Shown here piece after piece: positions 1 to 14,389 of a stretch of 64,000 nt of DNA (positions are counted from its first letter, which is position 1; every line of letters begins with the position of its first letter). The position numbers and the translations under genes were made by a program. Source of the DNA: Octopus vulgaris. Taxonomy: Eukaryota. The DNA is taken from assembly GCA_951406725.2 (NCBI GenBank), contig OX597814.1, forward strand, positions 211,420,001 to 211,484,000, written 5' to 3'. The notes beneath the pieces are model-generated. The model ran no database searches. It saw only the letters and a list, made by a program, of their open reading frames with translations, and was not told the origin of the DNA.

Positions 1-45
1 GGTGCCCCAGCATGGCAACAGTCTTCGGGCTAAAACATATAAAGG
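1..45 (+). mobile_element. 3' end of SINE family C
   Basis: ggtgccccagcatggcaacagtc matches the 3' end of the family C copies at 28487-28768 and 35190-35650. Confidence 0.7.
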
Positions 46-59
46 ACTTATATTCAAAT

Positions 60-178
60 CTACATATGTGCCTATTCATAGACATGCTCGGATAAACATG
101 CATGCATACACACACACACAACGCACAAAGATACACACACACATACATATATACATAAATACATACATACGCACTTAG

Positions 179-214
<36 letters not shown>

Positions 215-458
215 GTGTGTGTGTATGTGTGCGTGTACGTATATAAACACACACGCACGAACATGCATGCATGCATGTAAGATGCATTTACACACACCTG
301 CAAGTACATGCACACACCTAGCATTGACCAAAAGAACATGAGGATGACATAAAGGGACAAATATCAATTCATATAACCTTTTATTAATTTTTTGCACCCT
401 TTACTGTAAGTCCGTAAGTTCTTTACATATACACATACATACGTATTTGTATGTATGG

Positions 459-510
<52 letters not shown>

Positions 511-631
511 CGTATGTATGTTTGTATGTATATATGTACGCATGTATTACAGCTTTAGTGATTGTCACCCTTCATTTTTGACGGACCCTTAGAGAGATTC
601 ATGTTTTCAGCCAGCCAGTCATCCGTACATA

Positions 632-690
<59 letters not shown>

Positions 691-899
691 GTCTGTCTAT
701 CTATCTATACATCTATGTATCTGTCTGTCTATCTGTATGTCTATCTGTCTATCTATCTATATATATGTCTGTCAATCTATCTATCTATCTATCTATCTAT
801 CTGTCTGTCTATCTATCTATCTAGCTAGCTAGCTATCTGTCTATCTGTCTATCTGCCTGTCTATCTATCTATATATCTATGTATCTGTCTGTCTATCCG

Positions 900-956
<57 letters not shown>

Positions 957-1426
957 ATATCTACATATCTATCTTTCTCTCTATCTATATGTTTGTCTTT
1001 CTGTCTGTCTGTCTCTTTGTTTGCCTCTGTGCGTCTGTATGTCTGTCACTCTGTCTATATATATATGTATGCGTGTATGTACATACATGACATATATATG
1101 TATTTGTGTGCATGTCTATATAATAAGATATGTTTCCGTTGTGTGTTCTAGTCTTTGTCTCATGAATAACGTTTAAAGCATTGTGTAAGACAACGACTAT
1201 AAACAAGGACGTTTAGGAACAATATGTGTGGCGAAATGTTTCTTTTATCGAGATACTCGCTCAAACACACGGATACACCATGAAACGCAAACGTAGAAAA
1301 CCCACGAATGTAGAAAGAGAGACACTCTGACACGTACCAACCACGTATGCAGAAACCCACACACCGACACACATACACATAAACAAACATATACATATAT
1401 ATATAGCATATATATATTTTTATGTG

Positions 1427-1464
<38 letters not shown>

Positions 1465-1522
1465 CGTACATAAATATATAACTGCATATGTATACGGTTG
1501 TGTGTGGACATGCATATATGTG

Positions 1523-1578
<56 letters not shown>

Positions 1579-1624
1579 CACACACAAACACACACAAACA
1601 CACAAAAAACACACACACACACAC

Positions 1625-1680
<56 letters not shown>

Positions 1681-1946
1681 ATATACACAAATATAGAGTT
1701 AGAAATATGTATAGGGGTATATATATGTGTGTACATTATATATATATATATATATATACGCGTGTGTGTATGTACATTATGGCCTATGCTCATATATTTA
1801 TATATGCATACACGGGCACATATATTCATACATATTAGTATATGCAAGTAAATGTACACACATACATATATACACTCTCACGCGTACACACACATATATA
1901 TATATTTATATAAATATATACATGTGTGCGTGCCTGTCTGTATATA

Positions 1947-1986
<40 letters not shown>

Positions 1987-2100
1987 ATATATATATATAT
2001 ATACATATAATATATATATATATGTATATATATAGAAATCCATATATACATATACATATCATATATACTCATGTATATATAGATATATTTATGCATATAT
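60..2100. repeat. Compound microsatellite block: (TA)n, (CA)n, (CTAT/CTGT)n
   Basis: Directly visible; explains the YIYI/LSIY ORFs. Confidence 0.95.
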
Positions 2101-2759
2101 ATGAACTATTTTTATTCTTTATTTTATGATTTTTTTTGATATTTTACGTATTGTTTGGTGATGTTTTCTTTTAAGTTAAAGGAAAAGATGGATATATATA
2201 TACAGATATAAAGTTTACCTGATTGTTGATTCGTAAATCCGAGAGCGAAAACAAATAAACTATTTAATTGAGTGACCCTGTACTATCCAAGAGATTTTTC
2301 TGTTTTGGCAGGAGGACTGGCAGAGAAAAATATCAGGCTGTGTCGCTTATTGGTGCTGTGCCTTCCAGCACGACAGATTTACCATTTCGGTATAGCTGTC
2401 TGGATAGCTAACCGGAGACTTTTGCTAGAACAGTTTTACTGTTATAGCAGCACCACCAACATCAGCGGCGGCAAACGCGGCAGCAGCGGCACCAGCATTA
2501 ATACAGCAGCAACAACTTTAGTAGAGGTTGCAGCCACAGCAGCAATCAGTAGCAGTAGCAGCAGCAGCAGCAGCAGCAGCAACACGAGCAGCAGCAAGTT
2601 GCAGCAGTACTTACAGCGACAGTGATAGTTTTGGTGGCGGTGAGAGATTGTATGAATGAATCAATCAATGATTGATAGAATGATGGTATGATGGAATGAT
2701 GGAATAATAGTATAGAGGAATGATAGTACGTGTGATGAAGTAGTGCTGGGGGAACTCGC

Positions 2760-4545
2760 AGTATAATGGTTGTGGTGGTGGTGGAGGTGGCGGTGGTGAA
2801 GGTGGTATTAACTTATTAGTGTAGTGATGTCGGCGGTGCTGGAAACGCTCGTGGTGCATGTGTTCGAACGGAGAAGTCGCTGTTCAAATGCAGATGCCCC
2901 GCGTTGGTGGTGGTGGTGGTGGTGGTGTCGATGGTTAGTGTTGATGGCAGTGGTGATGCTGTTGGTAATGAAGGTGATGATAGTGGTGGTGGTGATGGTG
3001 GTAATGATGGTGATGATGGCGGTGTTGGTGTTGGTGGTGTTGGTGGTGGTGGTGGTGGTGGTGGTAGTGTTGGTGTTGGTGGTGGTTGTGGTGTCGATGG
3101 TGAGTGTTGATGGCAGTGGTGATGCTGTTGGTAATGGAGGTGATGAGTGTGGTGGTGGTGCCGGTGGTAATGATGCTGATGATGTTGGTGTTGGTGGTGA
3201 TGCTGGTGGTGCTGGTGATGGTAGTGTTGATGATAGTGTTGGTGGTGGTGATAGTCGTGAGAGTGGTTGCGGTGGGGATGTTGGTGAGGGTGGTGGTGGA
3301 GGTGGTGGTGGTGGTGGCGGCGATGGTGAGTGTTGATGGCAGTGGTGATGTTGTTGGTAATGATGGTGATGTGTGGTGGTGGTGATGATGGTGACGATGG
3401 AGGTAGTGGTGGTGGTAATGATGGTGATGATGGTGGTGTTGGTGGTGGCGGTGGTTATGGTAGTGTTGGTGGTGGTGGTGATACTCATGATGGAGTGGCT
3501 GTGGTGAAGATGGTGGTGGTGGTGAAAGTGGTGATGATGGCGGTAGTGGTGCCGGTCGGTGGTAATAATGGTGATGATGGTGGTGTTAGTGTTGGTGGTG
3601 ATGTTGATGGTGGTGGTCATGGTAGGGTTGGTGGTGGTGATAGTCGTGAAAGTGGCTGTGGTGGAGATGTTGGTGGTGGTGGTGGTGGTGAAAGTGGTGA
3701 TGATGGCGGTAGTGGTGCCGGTCGGTGGTAATAATGGTGATGATGGTGGTGTTGATGTTTGTGGTGGTGGTGATGGTAGTGTTGGTGGTGGTGATAGTCG
3801 TGATAGTGGCTGTGTTGGAGATGTTGGTGAGGGTGGTGGTGGTGGTGGTGGTGGTGGAGCTCTTGATGATGGCATCGACGGGTTTTGCTGGTGGTTGTGC
3901 TGGAAATGGTATTTAGTGGTGAAATTAACGGTGGTGCTGTTTGCGTTTGTGTTGGTGGTATCGGTTAAAAATAAAGGTTACGGTGTTGTGTTAGTTATGT
4001 TTATGATGATCGTGGTTGATTAGAAAATGGTACGGTTGATCGTGTTTCATGACGAGAGCGATGGTAATTGATGTTGTGCTGAAGCAGGGGTGGTGGTGCT
4101 GGTGGTATGGTGCTCGTAGTGCACATAGTGAAAATAGTGTATATTACAATAATGCTGGTCATCATGGTGGTGGTGGTGGTTGTCATATTGGTGGTGGTGG
4201 TCATATGGATGGTGGTGGTGGTGGGGATTACATAGTTGATGGTGGTAGTGGTGGTGATGGTTATATTGGTTGTAGTGGTGGTGGTGGTGGTGCTAGTCGT
4301 GATTGTTATATTGGTGATGTATGTTGTGATAGTGTTGGTGGTAGCGGTGGTAGTAATTGTGTTGGTGGTTGTATTAGTGGTGAAGGTGGTGGTTATACTT
4401 CTGGTAGTGGTGCTGGTGGTGATGGTTATATCGGTGATGGTGGTGGTCGTCGTCGTAGCGGTGGTGGTGGCGGTAGCGGTGGTGGTGGCGGTAGCGGTGG
4501 TGGCAGTGGTGATGGTGGTAGTGGTAGCGGTGGTGGTGGTGTCAG
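2760..4545. repeat. (GGT/GAT)n low-complexity array with higher-order duplications
   Basis: gtgttgatggcagtggtgatg recurs near 2938, 3104, 3330; ggtgatagtcgtga recurs near 3247, 3636, 3791. Confidence 0.9.
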
Positions 4546-4889
4546 CTGGCAGATGTATTGCGATTGTACGCTGGTCGTTGTTGTTGCTCTTGTGTACGTT
4601 TCAATCCCTAGGTCAGCCTTCATGGAGTATAATTGGGATGAAACATCAACGTTAACCATATATTTGTTATTCAGATATAGTGTATCTAGGACTGCATTAC
4701 CTTGGTATTGAAATATTTGAGGAAAAGTTGGCTACTATTTCTGGCAGGACAATTAGCTGCATAGAAAGCTTATTGCTGGTTCAGGTGGTGGCGTTGTTGT
4801 TAAGAGATGTTTACTGTTGCTGTAATGTTCTGTACAGTTGAATGCAGTATTTGTTTGTAGTGATAGTGGTGGGAATCGTGATGGTGATT

Positions 4890-5530
4890 GTGGTGTTGTG
4901 TTTGTGGGCCTGATGGTTGTGGGGCAGGTGGATGTGGGGCTGATGGTTGTGGGGCTGATGGTTGTGGGGCTGATGATTGTGAGACTGGTGGTTGTGGGAC
5001 TGATGCTAGTGGGACTGAGGATTGGGGCCTGGAGGTTGTGGAGTCGCTGGTTGTGGGGCATATAGCTGTTGGGCTAATGGTTGTGGGGCTGATGGTTGTG
5101 GGGTTTGTGTTTATGCGATTGGTGTTTGTGGGGCAAATGGTTGCGAGGCTTTGACGTTTCTGGTGTTCGTATTTGTGGGGCAGATTGTTATGGGGATGAT
5201 GGCTGTCGGGCCGATTATTATGGGGGTGATTGTTTGGAGGTTGATTTTTGTGGGATTCATTGCTGTGGGTGGATTATTGTAGGGCTGATGGTTGTGGTTG
5301 CTATTAGTTGTCGGTATTTGTACAGCTAGTGTTTGGGGGGCTTAGGGTTGTGGGACTGTTGCTTGAGGGGTTGATGGTTGTGGAACTGATGGTTGTGGGG
5401 CTGATATTTGTGCTTGTTGTGGTGTATTTCTGATGGTGGTTGTGGTGATGATCTGTGATGGTTGTGGGGCTGGATACTGTTGGTCTGGTGGCTGTGGGGC
5501 TGATAGTTGTGAAGTTGATGGTTGTGCTTG
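4890..5530. repeat. Degenerate 15-bp G-rich minisatellite (GGGCTGATGGTTGTG)n
   Basis: Tandem copies visible from about 4906 to 5100, decaying to about 5530. Confidence 0.85.
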
Positions 5531-6200
5531 TGGTGATAATCTTGTTGGTGATGGTTGAGGTGTTGGTGGTAAGAGCGTTCTTGGTTGAAGTAGTTAGTGC
5601 TGGTTGTGGTTGTTGCAGAGATGATTACTCCTGTGGTCGTCTTGGTGGTGATTGTGTTCATGGATTGTAGGTTTGTTAGTGGTGGAAATGGTAGTTGTGG
5701 TGGGGATGATTGTTCTGGAGGTGGAAACAACGAACTTGCCGGTGACTGTATTGTTCAAATTTCACGTGATGCAGTGTTGATTGGGATATCTCTGGAGAAC
5801 AACGGTGAGCGCTTTGCTGTTGGAATGGATGTACTGATGCTTACAATGTTGATATAAACAAAGTTGCAGTTGTTGTTCTTATTGTTACTATAGTTTGTTG
5901 TGATGGTTGTAGTGCCTTACACAGGACAACACGATGATGATCATTGTAGAGGTAATGGTGTATAAACAGTGGTAATGAAAGCATTTGTGGATACTCTGAT
6001 GTTTTAGTGATTCTAGAATTATGATGGCTGCATTCGCCTACTGTGTGACTTCGTGATAATGCTGGGAACGATCCTGGGTCTGATAGTTCATCTTATGTTG
6101 ATGAATATGTTTATAGTTGTACTTGTGATGGTTGTAGCGTAGATTTGATTTCCTGACAGTTCTCACTGTGGTGACGATAGTGTTATTCTTAATGTTATCA

Positions 6201-6421
6201 AACGTGGTGAACTAGCAGAATCGTTAGCACGTCCGGCGAAATGCTTTGCAGATTTCCTTACGAGTCTTTGCATTCTGAGTTCGAGCATCGTCGATGTTAA
6301 CTTTGTATTTAATCCTTTTAGGGTCGATAAAATGAATTTCCATTCTAGTACTGGAGTCGATAGAATCAACTACACGCCACCGCTCACTAAATTTACTGGC
6401 CTTATGAAAAAGTTTTAATCC
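6201..6421 (+). mobile_element. SINE family A copy
   Basis: gcagaatcgttagcac...ttctgagttc...gggtcgataaa motif series shared with copies at 20555, 36676 and 58178; B-box-like gagttcaaat in the family. Confidence 0.75.
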
Positions 6422-7014
6422 ATACATAATACCATCGGTGGCGGTACGAATAGGGATAGTTGTGCTAAATATAATGGTATTGGTGGTACTAGCTGTGGTG
6501 ACAGTAGAACTTGTGCTTGTGGAAAAGAGTTATCAGAGATGATGAGATGAAGGAGAGGATTTCGATAGGGAAGTTTATAATACTCATCATATTGATAGTA
6601 GTGATGAAGATAGTTTTGACTAAAGCAGGATTTGCATGGTTCGTTGATAGGGCGACAGAGGCTATTGTATTTTTATAGCTGAGGTTTTATAGTTGAGGTT
6701 GTAGTGATGGTTATAATGATAGAAGTAGTAAAGTTCTCCTGGCAATTGAAGTGGTGTATGTGAGTGTGTTGGTGAATGGGTGCATATGCGTGTGAGTGTG
6801 TGAGTATGTTTGTGTGTGTTTGAGATTTGTGTATGAGATAGAAATACTTTGCATTAGTGAGGGATGGTGCCCACTTACCGGAGTGATTTTGAGTAAGGAT
6901 AATAATTTAGAATATGAAGAAATATGGGAAAGAACGGCGCGGTGAGGGTGACTTGAAGAATGCGAGAAAAGAGGATTAACAGGTGGAAGGGGACTTAAAA
7001 AACTAAGAGCTTGT

Positions 7015-7411
7015 AGAAATAGTAGTATTAGCAGCAGAAGCACCAGCAACAGTAGTAGTGGTAGTAGTAGCAGTATTAGCAACAGCAGCAGCAACAGTAG
7101 TAGTAGTAGTGGTAGTAGTAGTAGTTGGAGTAGCAACAACAGTAGTAGTAGTAGTAGTTGGAACAACAGCAGCAGCAGTAGTAGTAATAGTAGTAGTAGT
7201 AGTAGTAGTAGCTGTAGTAGTAAAAGCAACAGTATTATTATCACTATTATTATTAGCAGCAGCAGCAGCAGTAGTAGTAGTAGAAGTTGTAGTACCAACA
7301 ACACCAGTAGTATTAATAGTAGTAGTAGTAGTTGTAGTAGTAGTAGTAAAAGCAACAGTATTATTATTATCATTATTATTATTATTAGCAGCAGCAGCAG
7401 CAGCAGTAGTA

Positions 7412-7460
<49 letters not shown>

Positions 7461-7470
7461 CAGTAGTAGT
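7015..7470. repeat. (GTA/GCA)n trinucleotide array
   Basis: Directly visible; an internal block aaagcaacagtattattat is duplicated. Confidence 0.95.
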
Positions 7471-7899
7471 AAACAAGGCCATAAAAGTACAAAAAGATGA
7501 TTGCTGATGACGATGGTGACGACAATGACAGAGAAATAAGAATGAAAACAAAATGCATGGAGAATACACAATAGTATTTGAGAAAGAAAAAAAAGGAAGA
7601 AGAGGATAGAAAGAATAGGATGAAGTAAAATTAGGAATAGTAAAACAAAAAGAACAGAATATCATTTCAACAGGAAGAAATAAAGGGGAACAAGTATATT
7701 GCAAAAACAAAAAAAAAAAAAAGAAATTTAAAAGGGAAAATGAAGTAAAGGAAAGAGGAAATGGTGAATTAAGAAGAGGGAAACAAACAGTGAGCGGTGA
7801 AGACAACAGGAAAAAGTATAAGAAGAAGTGAAAAGAAATTGAAGAAAATGAAATGAAATGAAATGAAATGAAAAACAAAAATTCGATTAGGCAGAAGGA

Positions 7900-9411
7900 A
7901 CAAGCCAAATATTATGTTGAGAATGGTGGAGAATGAGGAAGGAGGAGAAGGCGGTGAAGAAGAAGCTGAAGAAGGAGGCGGAGGAGGAAGGAGAAGAAGA
8001 AGAAGGAGAAGGAGAAGGAGAAGAAGAAGAAGAAGAAGAAGAAGGAGAAAGGGAAGAAGGAGAAGAAGAAGAAGAAGAAGAAGAAGGAGAAAGGGAAGAA
8101 GTAGAACAACAAGAACAACAACAATAATGAGGGAGAGTGGAAGAAGGAGGAGAGGGAGCAGAAGGAGAAGAAGAAGGCGGTGAAGAAGAAGCTGAAGGAG
8201 GAGGAGAGGGAGAAGAAGCTGAAGAAGAAGAATGAGGGAGGGGTGAAGAAGGAGGAGGAGGAAGAGAAGGAGAAGAAGAAAAAGGAGGTGAAGAAGAAGC
8301 TGAAGAGGGAGGGGGAGGAGATGGAGGAGAAGAAAAAGAAGACGGAGAAGAAAAAGAAGAAGAAGAAGGAGAAGGAGAAGAAGAAGGAGAAGGAGAAGAA
8401 GAAGGAGAACAACAACAACAATGAGGGAGAGATGAAGAAGGAGGAGAGGGGGGAGAAGAAGAATAAGAAAACGGAGGAGAAGAAAGAAGATAAGAAGAAG
8501 GATTCGAAGAAAAGAAGTAGAAAAAGAAATAAAGAAAAAAATGACCAAAAAAGAAAACAAAAAGGCAGAGAAGAAAAATGAGGAGGGGGAGGTGAAGACG
8601 AAAAAGAAGAAAACGAAGAAGAAAAAGAAAACAAGAACGTAAAGAGAAGAAGAAGAAGAAGAAGAAGAAGAAGAAGAAGAAGAAGAAGAAGAAGAGAAGG
8701 GGAAATAGAAATAAGATGAAGTTGGAGCACAGGTAAAGAAGAAGAAGCGAAGAAGTGAAGAAGAAAAGAAGAAGGTAAAGAAGAAGAAAGATGACGAGGA
8801 GGCGAAGCTGAAGAAGGAGGAGTGGGAGAAGAAGAAGAATTAGGGAGGGAGGGATGATGAAGGGGGATGGGGAGAAAGAAGGAGAAGAAGAAAAAGGAGG
8901 AGAATAAAGAAGAGAAGAATTAGAAGTAGAAAAAAGAGAATAAAAAAGAGAAAAAGGAGGAAGAAAAGAAAAAGAAGGATGAATGGAAGAAAAGAAAAGG
9001 ATAAGAGAGGGTTAAGAAGTAGAAACAAAGAAGAAGACGAGGAGGAAGAAGAAGAAGAAGAAAAGAAGAAGAAGAAGAAGAAGAGGAGGAGGAGGAGGCG
9101 GAGGCGGAGGAGGAAGAAGAAGAAAAGAAGAACGGGAAGAAGAAAAAGATAAAAGAAGAGAGAGAAGAATAAGGGGAAGAAGAGAGTGGAATGGAGGAGG
9201 AGGAGGAGGTTGAAGAAAAAAGGAAGGAAAAGAAAAAGAGGAAAAGAATTAAGGGGAGGAGATGAAGAGAAAAAGATGGAAGACAAAAAGAAAAGAAGAA
9301 GGTTGAGAAGTAGAAGTAGAAAAAGAGTAGAAGGAAGGATAAGAAAAGGAAAAAAGGACGTAGGAAGGATAGTACTAGTAGTTGTATTAGTAATAGTAGG
9401 AGGAGGAGAAG

Positions 9412-9444
<33 letters not shown>

Positions 9445-10000
9445 AGTACGGGTGAGGTGGAGGAGCAGGAGAGGAGAGAAGTTGAAGGAAACAAGAAGGA
9501 AAAGAAGAAGAAAAATGTAGAAGAAAAGAAGAAGAAAGATGTAGAAGAGGAAAAAGAAGAAGAAGAAGAAGAAGAAGAAGAAGAAGAAAAGAAGAAGAAA
9601 AAGAAGAAGAAGGGGAAGAAGAAGAGGGAGAAGAAAAATAAGAAAAAGAAGAAGGAGGAGAGGACCACAAAAAAAGAAGGGGAAGAAGAAGAAAAAGTAG
9701 AAGAAGGAAGTAGAAGAGGAAAAAGAAGAAAGAGAAGGAAAAGAAGAAGAAGAAGAAGAAAAGGAAGAAAAAGAAGAAGAAGAAGCACAAATGAAAAAGA
9801 AGGGGATGAAGAGGAAAAAGTAGAAGAAAGAAGAAGAAGAAGAAGAAGAAGAGAGAAGAAGAAGAATAAGAAGGAGAAGAAGAAGAAGAAGAAGAAGAAG
9901 AAGAAGAAGAAGAAGAAGAAGAAGAAGAAGAAGAAGAAGAAGAAGAAGAAGAAGAAGAGAAAGAAGAAGCACAAAAGAAAAAGAAGTGGATGAAGAAGAA
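7900..10000. repeat. About 2 kb purine-rich (GAA/GGA)n tract
   Basis: Almost exclusively A/G on the + strand, with long perfect GAA runs (e.g. about 8648-8693, 9876-9958). Confidence 0.95.
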
Positions 10001-10099
10001 AAACTATGAGAGGCGATATAATTGTAAGAGAATATCATTTCCTGCACGGGCACATGTCCTAATGTTTGGGAGATTAGTTGATTCATGACATAATCCCCA

Positions 10100-10790
10100 A
10101 TGCTTGATTTTATTTTATTCTCCCTGAAGCGATGTAGTAGAAATTTGCCATGACCATGATTTGAACTCAGAATCTGAGGCACTGGAACAAACTTCGTAAA
10201 ATACATTTTGTCTGACGTTCTAAAGATTCTTGTAACGAATCTATGTCCCTCAATTTGGCAGGGAAGCGTCAGTAGTTGGTGATTAGTAAAGTACCTGATT
10301 GGTACCTTATTTTAATCACAAAGGATGGATAAAAAGGTAAAGTTGATCTCGGCGGGATTTGAACTCAGAATGCGTGGGGGTGGAATTAATTCCACAAAGC
10401 ATTCTGTCCAACACTCTAACAGTAATAATAATTCTTTGTAATTGAAGCCCAAAGATCCATCACGGAAGACGGATAATCGATAACATCTTTCTTACTATTA
10501 ACGCAAAACCTGGAATATTGTGGAAGAGCCCTAGGCAATTATATCGACTCCGGTGTTTGACTTGTTCTTAATTTTATCGACCCCTAAAGGATTAAAGTTA
10601 TAGTCAAACTCGGTGGATTTATAACTCAGCACGTAAAGATGGACGAAATGCTGCTAAACATTTTCCCTGGCGTGTTAATGATTCTCCCATCACACCGCCC
10701 TGGGGTATAGTTGACATCATCGAGCTCAGAGTAAGACTGGTACTTTATCACATCGTCTTCGAGCGAATAAAATGTGAAATTGCTCTTCGT
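10100..10790 (-). mobile_element. Cluster of SINE family A fragments
   Basis: Repeated tttgaactcagaa and ttttatcgacccc, the reverse complement of family A motifs; best copy about 10493-10700. Confidence 0.7.
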
Positions 10791-11571
10791 AGGTTTGGTG
10801 CTAAGATGGGTAAGACCTCGAGCACAAAATCCTGCTCCCTAATTTTTCTTCTAACCCGGGGTTAATGATTAAAAAATGTGGAAGAATATGAAGCAGAATG
10901 GAAAGAATCGTCATAAGTGAAGTGACAACAGCCGTTTGTCATTTAAATTGGGTATATTTAGAAGAATATGAAATAAAGTTCATGATGATTATGGACGTTA
11001 TTTTGCTGATGTTTATGGCGACGATAAAAATGGCTTCACTAACGGCGACGAGATGATGAAGATGATAATGGAGGTGGTGGTGGCCATAGTGGTCATGATC
11101 TTGGTGATCATGATGGCGGTTGTGGTGGTGTGGTGATGATGGCATTTAGGTGTGGCGTTCGTGATGAATTTAATGTTTTACGTGGGTTCACCGGAATTTG
11201 ACATTTTCTCACGTTACACTTTATTGCTGTCGTCTTCGATCTTATTGGATTTACTGTGGTCATCGTTGTCACTTGTCCTCCTCCCCTGTTTTTGTTTTCC
11301 GTCTTATTCTCTTTCACGTAGTTTATATATATACAAAGATTACTGTAAATTTGGTGTGTGACATTAAAATTTCGGAGCAAACGCGTGATCCGGCTTCTTT
11401 TTTTAATGTCAATCTTCCGGGGATGTCTATAAGTATCAGCACAATTCTAAACTTAAGATAAGTGAGCAGTCAAAGACGTAAGCGTGCATAGCAAAATACT
11501 TCGAGGCATTTCTTCCAGCCTCATATTCCGAATTCAAATTTAGCCGGGTTCGATTTCACATTTCAGATACA

Positions 11572-11779
11572 GCCCCACCACTCCTGCTCGTGATCAGAGA
11601 TGCATATATCGTCAGTCACTAAGGAATATCCTCAGGTGGTCAAACAATTGGCAGGCAAGTCTGCGCTATAGGGCAGACTATTGGCTGTAGCCCATGATTT
11701 ACACATGTCAAAACATGTTGCCTCTTCCAATCTGTTGATATCAGAATATGAAAAGAACTGTCTGGTACTGCGTCAGGGC
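11572..11779. mobile_element. Partial copy of about 530-bp interspersed repeat family B
   Basis: ctgctcgtgatcagagatgca...gctgtagcccat...ctggtactgc matches 19989-20514 and 31571-32102. Confidence 0.8.
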
Positions 11780-11814
11780 AATTATTATTATCATATTTGT
11801 TAATATGTTTGAGG

Positions 11815-12181
11815 TTATTATTATGTTTTTTCCTTCCTTCTACAAATTGTCTTCCGTTTCTCGCCGAGTGTTTTCCATACACCTAGGGCAGAGAAGGGCA
11901 TTGCATGCATTCCCAGATTACACGCGTAAATTCACAGATAAAATGTATTTAAAAATTAATAAATAAATAAATTCATGAATGGATATTATTTTCACAACGA
12001 TAGTGCTCTTCTCAGTACATGAGCCGTTCCCGTTAATGCGATTTTTGCACTTCCTATAGGGATGGTAAGCCTGGAATCATTTTCAAATAGGTTTCAGTAC
12101 CTTTTTTTATCATTCCTAGAGATCCTACAATCACTGGTGCTGTAGTCGCCTTGAGATGCCACATTTTTTCAATTTCTATTA
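11815..12181 (-). mobile_element. 3' end of R4/Dong-like (RLE-type) non-LTR retrotransposon
   Basis: Minus strand reads IEIEKMWHLKATTAPVIVGSLGMIKKGTETYLKMIPGLPSL*EVQK/IALTGTAHVLRRALSL*, typical of the C-terminus after the restriction-like endonuclease; abuts (TTA)n. Confidence 0.75.
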
Positions 12182-12182
12182 G

Positions 12183-12183
<1 letters not shown>

Positions 12184-12242
<59 letters not shown>

Positions 12243-12268
12243 TTTTATTATTATTATTATTATTAATA

Positions 12269-12330
<62 letters not shown>
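12184..12330. repeat. (TTA)n microsatellite
   Basis: Directly visible. Confidence 0.95.
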
Positions 12331-13227
12331 GCTGTTGTTTTTGCTAGTGCGACCTTGAAGTTAGCATAGTAACCCTACCATATTTCTCGATGTTTTACAA
12401 GTGTAAATGAAATTGGTAGTTTTCATTTCAGATTTCACTTTACACATAGACTTTATCAAGCGTTTCGGATGGTCTAACTCGACTACATAACAAGGTCGAA
12501 TTTGTTTTGTTCTTCGCCGTTTATAACATCATCTAATGCTAACGTAAAAATGGCATTATCATTCATTCGATCTTCCATTTAGAAGAATTCCAGAAAACAA
12601 ATCAAAGCAGTAACAAACAAAATGAAATCAAGTAGCAAAAATTGTTTAATAATCTCACAAAGAAATGTGTAAAACAAAGACAATATTAACACTCTGACAG
12701 CAATGTACTACATAATAAACAACATATGTATTTGTCAACAAAGTGAGCTGGAGCAACAGCTAATAAATTACAGTAGATGATTTACACTTACATCCTATAT
12801 GACATAAAAGGGCAATAATTATAGTTCAAATTTCAGACAGACTTTATAAAGCACCTGATTTCAGCGATTCAGACAACCTAGCCCTTTATTTGCTCCAATT
12901 TAAAACAAGAACTCGCGTGTTTTGAATTTTCACCTTTGAGTATCCGGTATTAATGCACTCATGTATGCTTTAATTATTGCGTTGTCATATTTGTAACAAT
13001 TATTTTCAAGAAATCATTTTCTGTCTCATCGACGTATAATTCGTCCAGTTATGTATTATGCGTTTCACCCATCTATACCCCTTAGTATACTTTCCCAAAC
13101 TCAATACACGTCTTTACAATACAGGCGCTATGTTAAAGGTATTCATATACTCTTGTTTATCTCTTCCAGACATTATATCTATAAAGGAAATAAAACAAAC
13201 TAAAAGCAAAACTAAATATATAAAGAT

Positions 13228-13317
13228 ATCATCATCATGATCACCATCATCAACATCATCGTCATCCTCATCATCATCATCATCATCACCACCATCACCA
13301 CCATCATCATCATCATC

Positions 13318-13349
<32 letters not shown>

Positions 13350-13380
13350 CGTCATCATCATCATTATCATCATCTCCATC
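13228..13380. repeat. (CAT)n microsatellite
   Basis: Directly visible. Confidence 0.95.
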
Positions 13381-14313
13381 GTTAGTTGTATTCATATATA
13401 TTTTCCTTTCCAGCGAGATGTATTTGTTATATCCATAGTTCTTTTGGCTAAGCTGACCATAGTTGTAAATGAATGGCCATGTTATATTGGTTACTCATCC
13501 AACAGGGCAAAATTTTGCAAAACGAAAAAAATACAAAGCAAAAAAAAAAACAAAAATAAAACAAACAGAAGATTCTTCTATCAAAATTTTGTAAGTCGGC
13601 TAGTAAGAGAGGAACCATGAGAGGTGAAGTTGAAGTTTAACGCGTCCAAAATATTCAAAATCTCCCACTACGAACTCTACATTAATGACACCTAACACCA
13701 ATGGCTACTATGATAGCAGCAACACAAGCAGTGGCAATTGCAACAACAGCAATAATAGCAAGAACGATGATGGTTTGAATAAACTAGCAGACAGTAATTG
13801 TAAAATGCCGTCACCAGTAAAACTACCGATGGAAGAAAGGAAATCATTAAAACAGCAACCTCCCCATCTCAGCAACTAACCTCTGCACAAGCAATGGTGC
13901 CAAAACTACGGCACTTCAAAATATCAAATGACAGAAGCATTAATAACATCAATAAAAGCAGTAAGAGCGATTGAGTCACGGTTAGAGAATTTCCTTTGTC
14001 TGTGCAGCATTAACATTTGCGTTAATCCCGTGGTAAGAAAACAGAATTTGGGCGCAAGGGCCTAACGTACATGGAAACATCTTTTAAAAATTGAAAAGAA
14101 ATTCAATTAGTAATCCGAGACAGAGGACAGGACCCCCGACCTAATAGAAATCCCAGCAGGGGAGCAACTTCATGTTGTGGTAGAACATAGAAGGTAAGTA
14201 TGACACACTCATGACATTAACGATTATATCAATACCTTTACAGCCCTCAACAACAAAGAAACCTGACCGTTAGCATAGCCAAGAGAGCTACAATGATGAT
14301 AACTATTTGCTTT

Positions 14314-14389
<76 letters not shown>

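Noticed and set aside
2312-2389. Possible exon after tttttctgttttggcag
   Set aside because: Donor site is weak and the peptide is unrecognisable.
2808-4711. Long Pro/Thr/His/Gly/Val-rich ORFs (up to 355 aa), mucin-like in appearance
   Set aside because: All frames on both strands are open because (GGT)n repeats lack stops; no signal peptide, domain or splice evidence.
6711-10206. ORFs of 250-430 aa rich in Leu/Phe/Ser or Lys/Glu/Arg
   Set aside because: Translations of GTA and GAA microsatellites.
11760-11779. Family B terminal hairpin resembling the U2 snRNA stem-loop IV loop on the minus strand
   Set aside because: Only a short partial match, not conserved in the other two copies, and no other U2 similarity.
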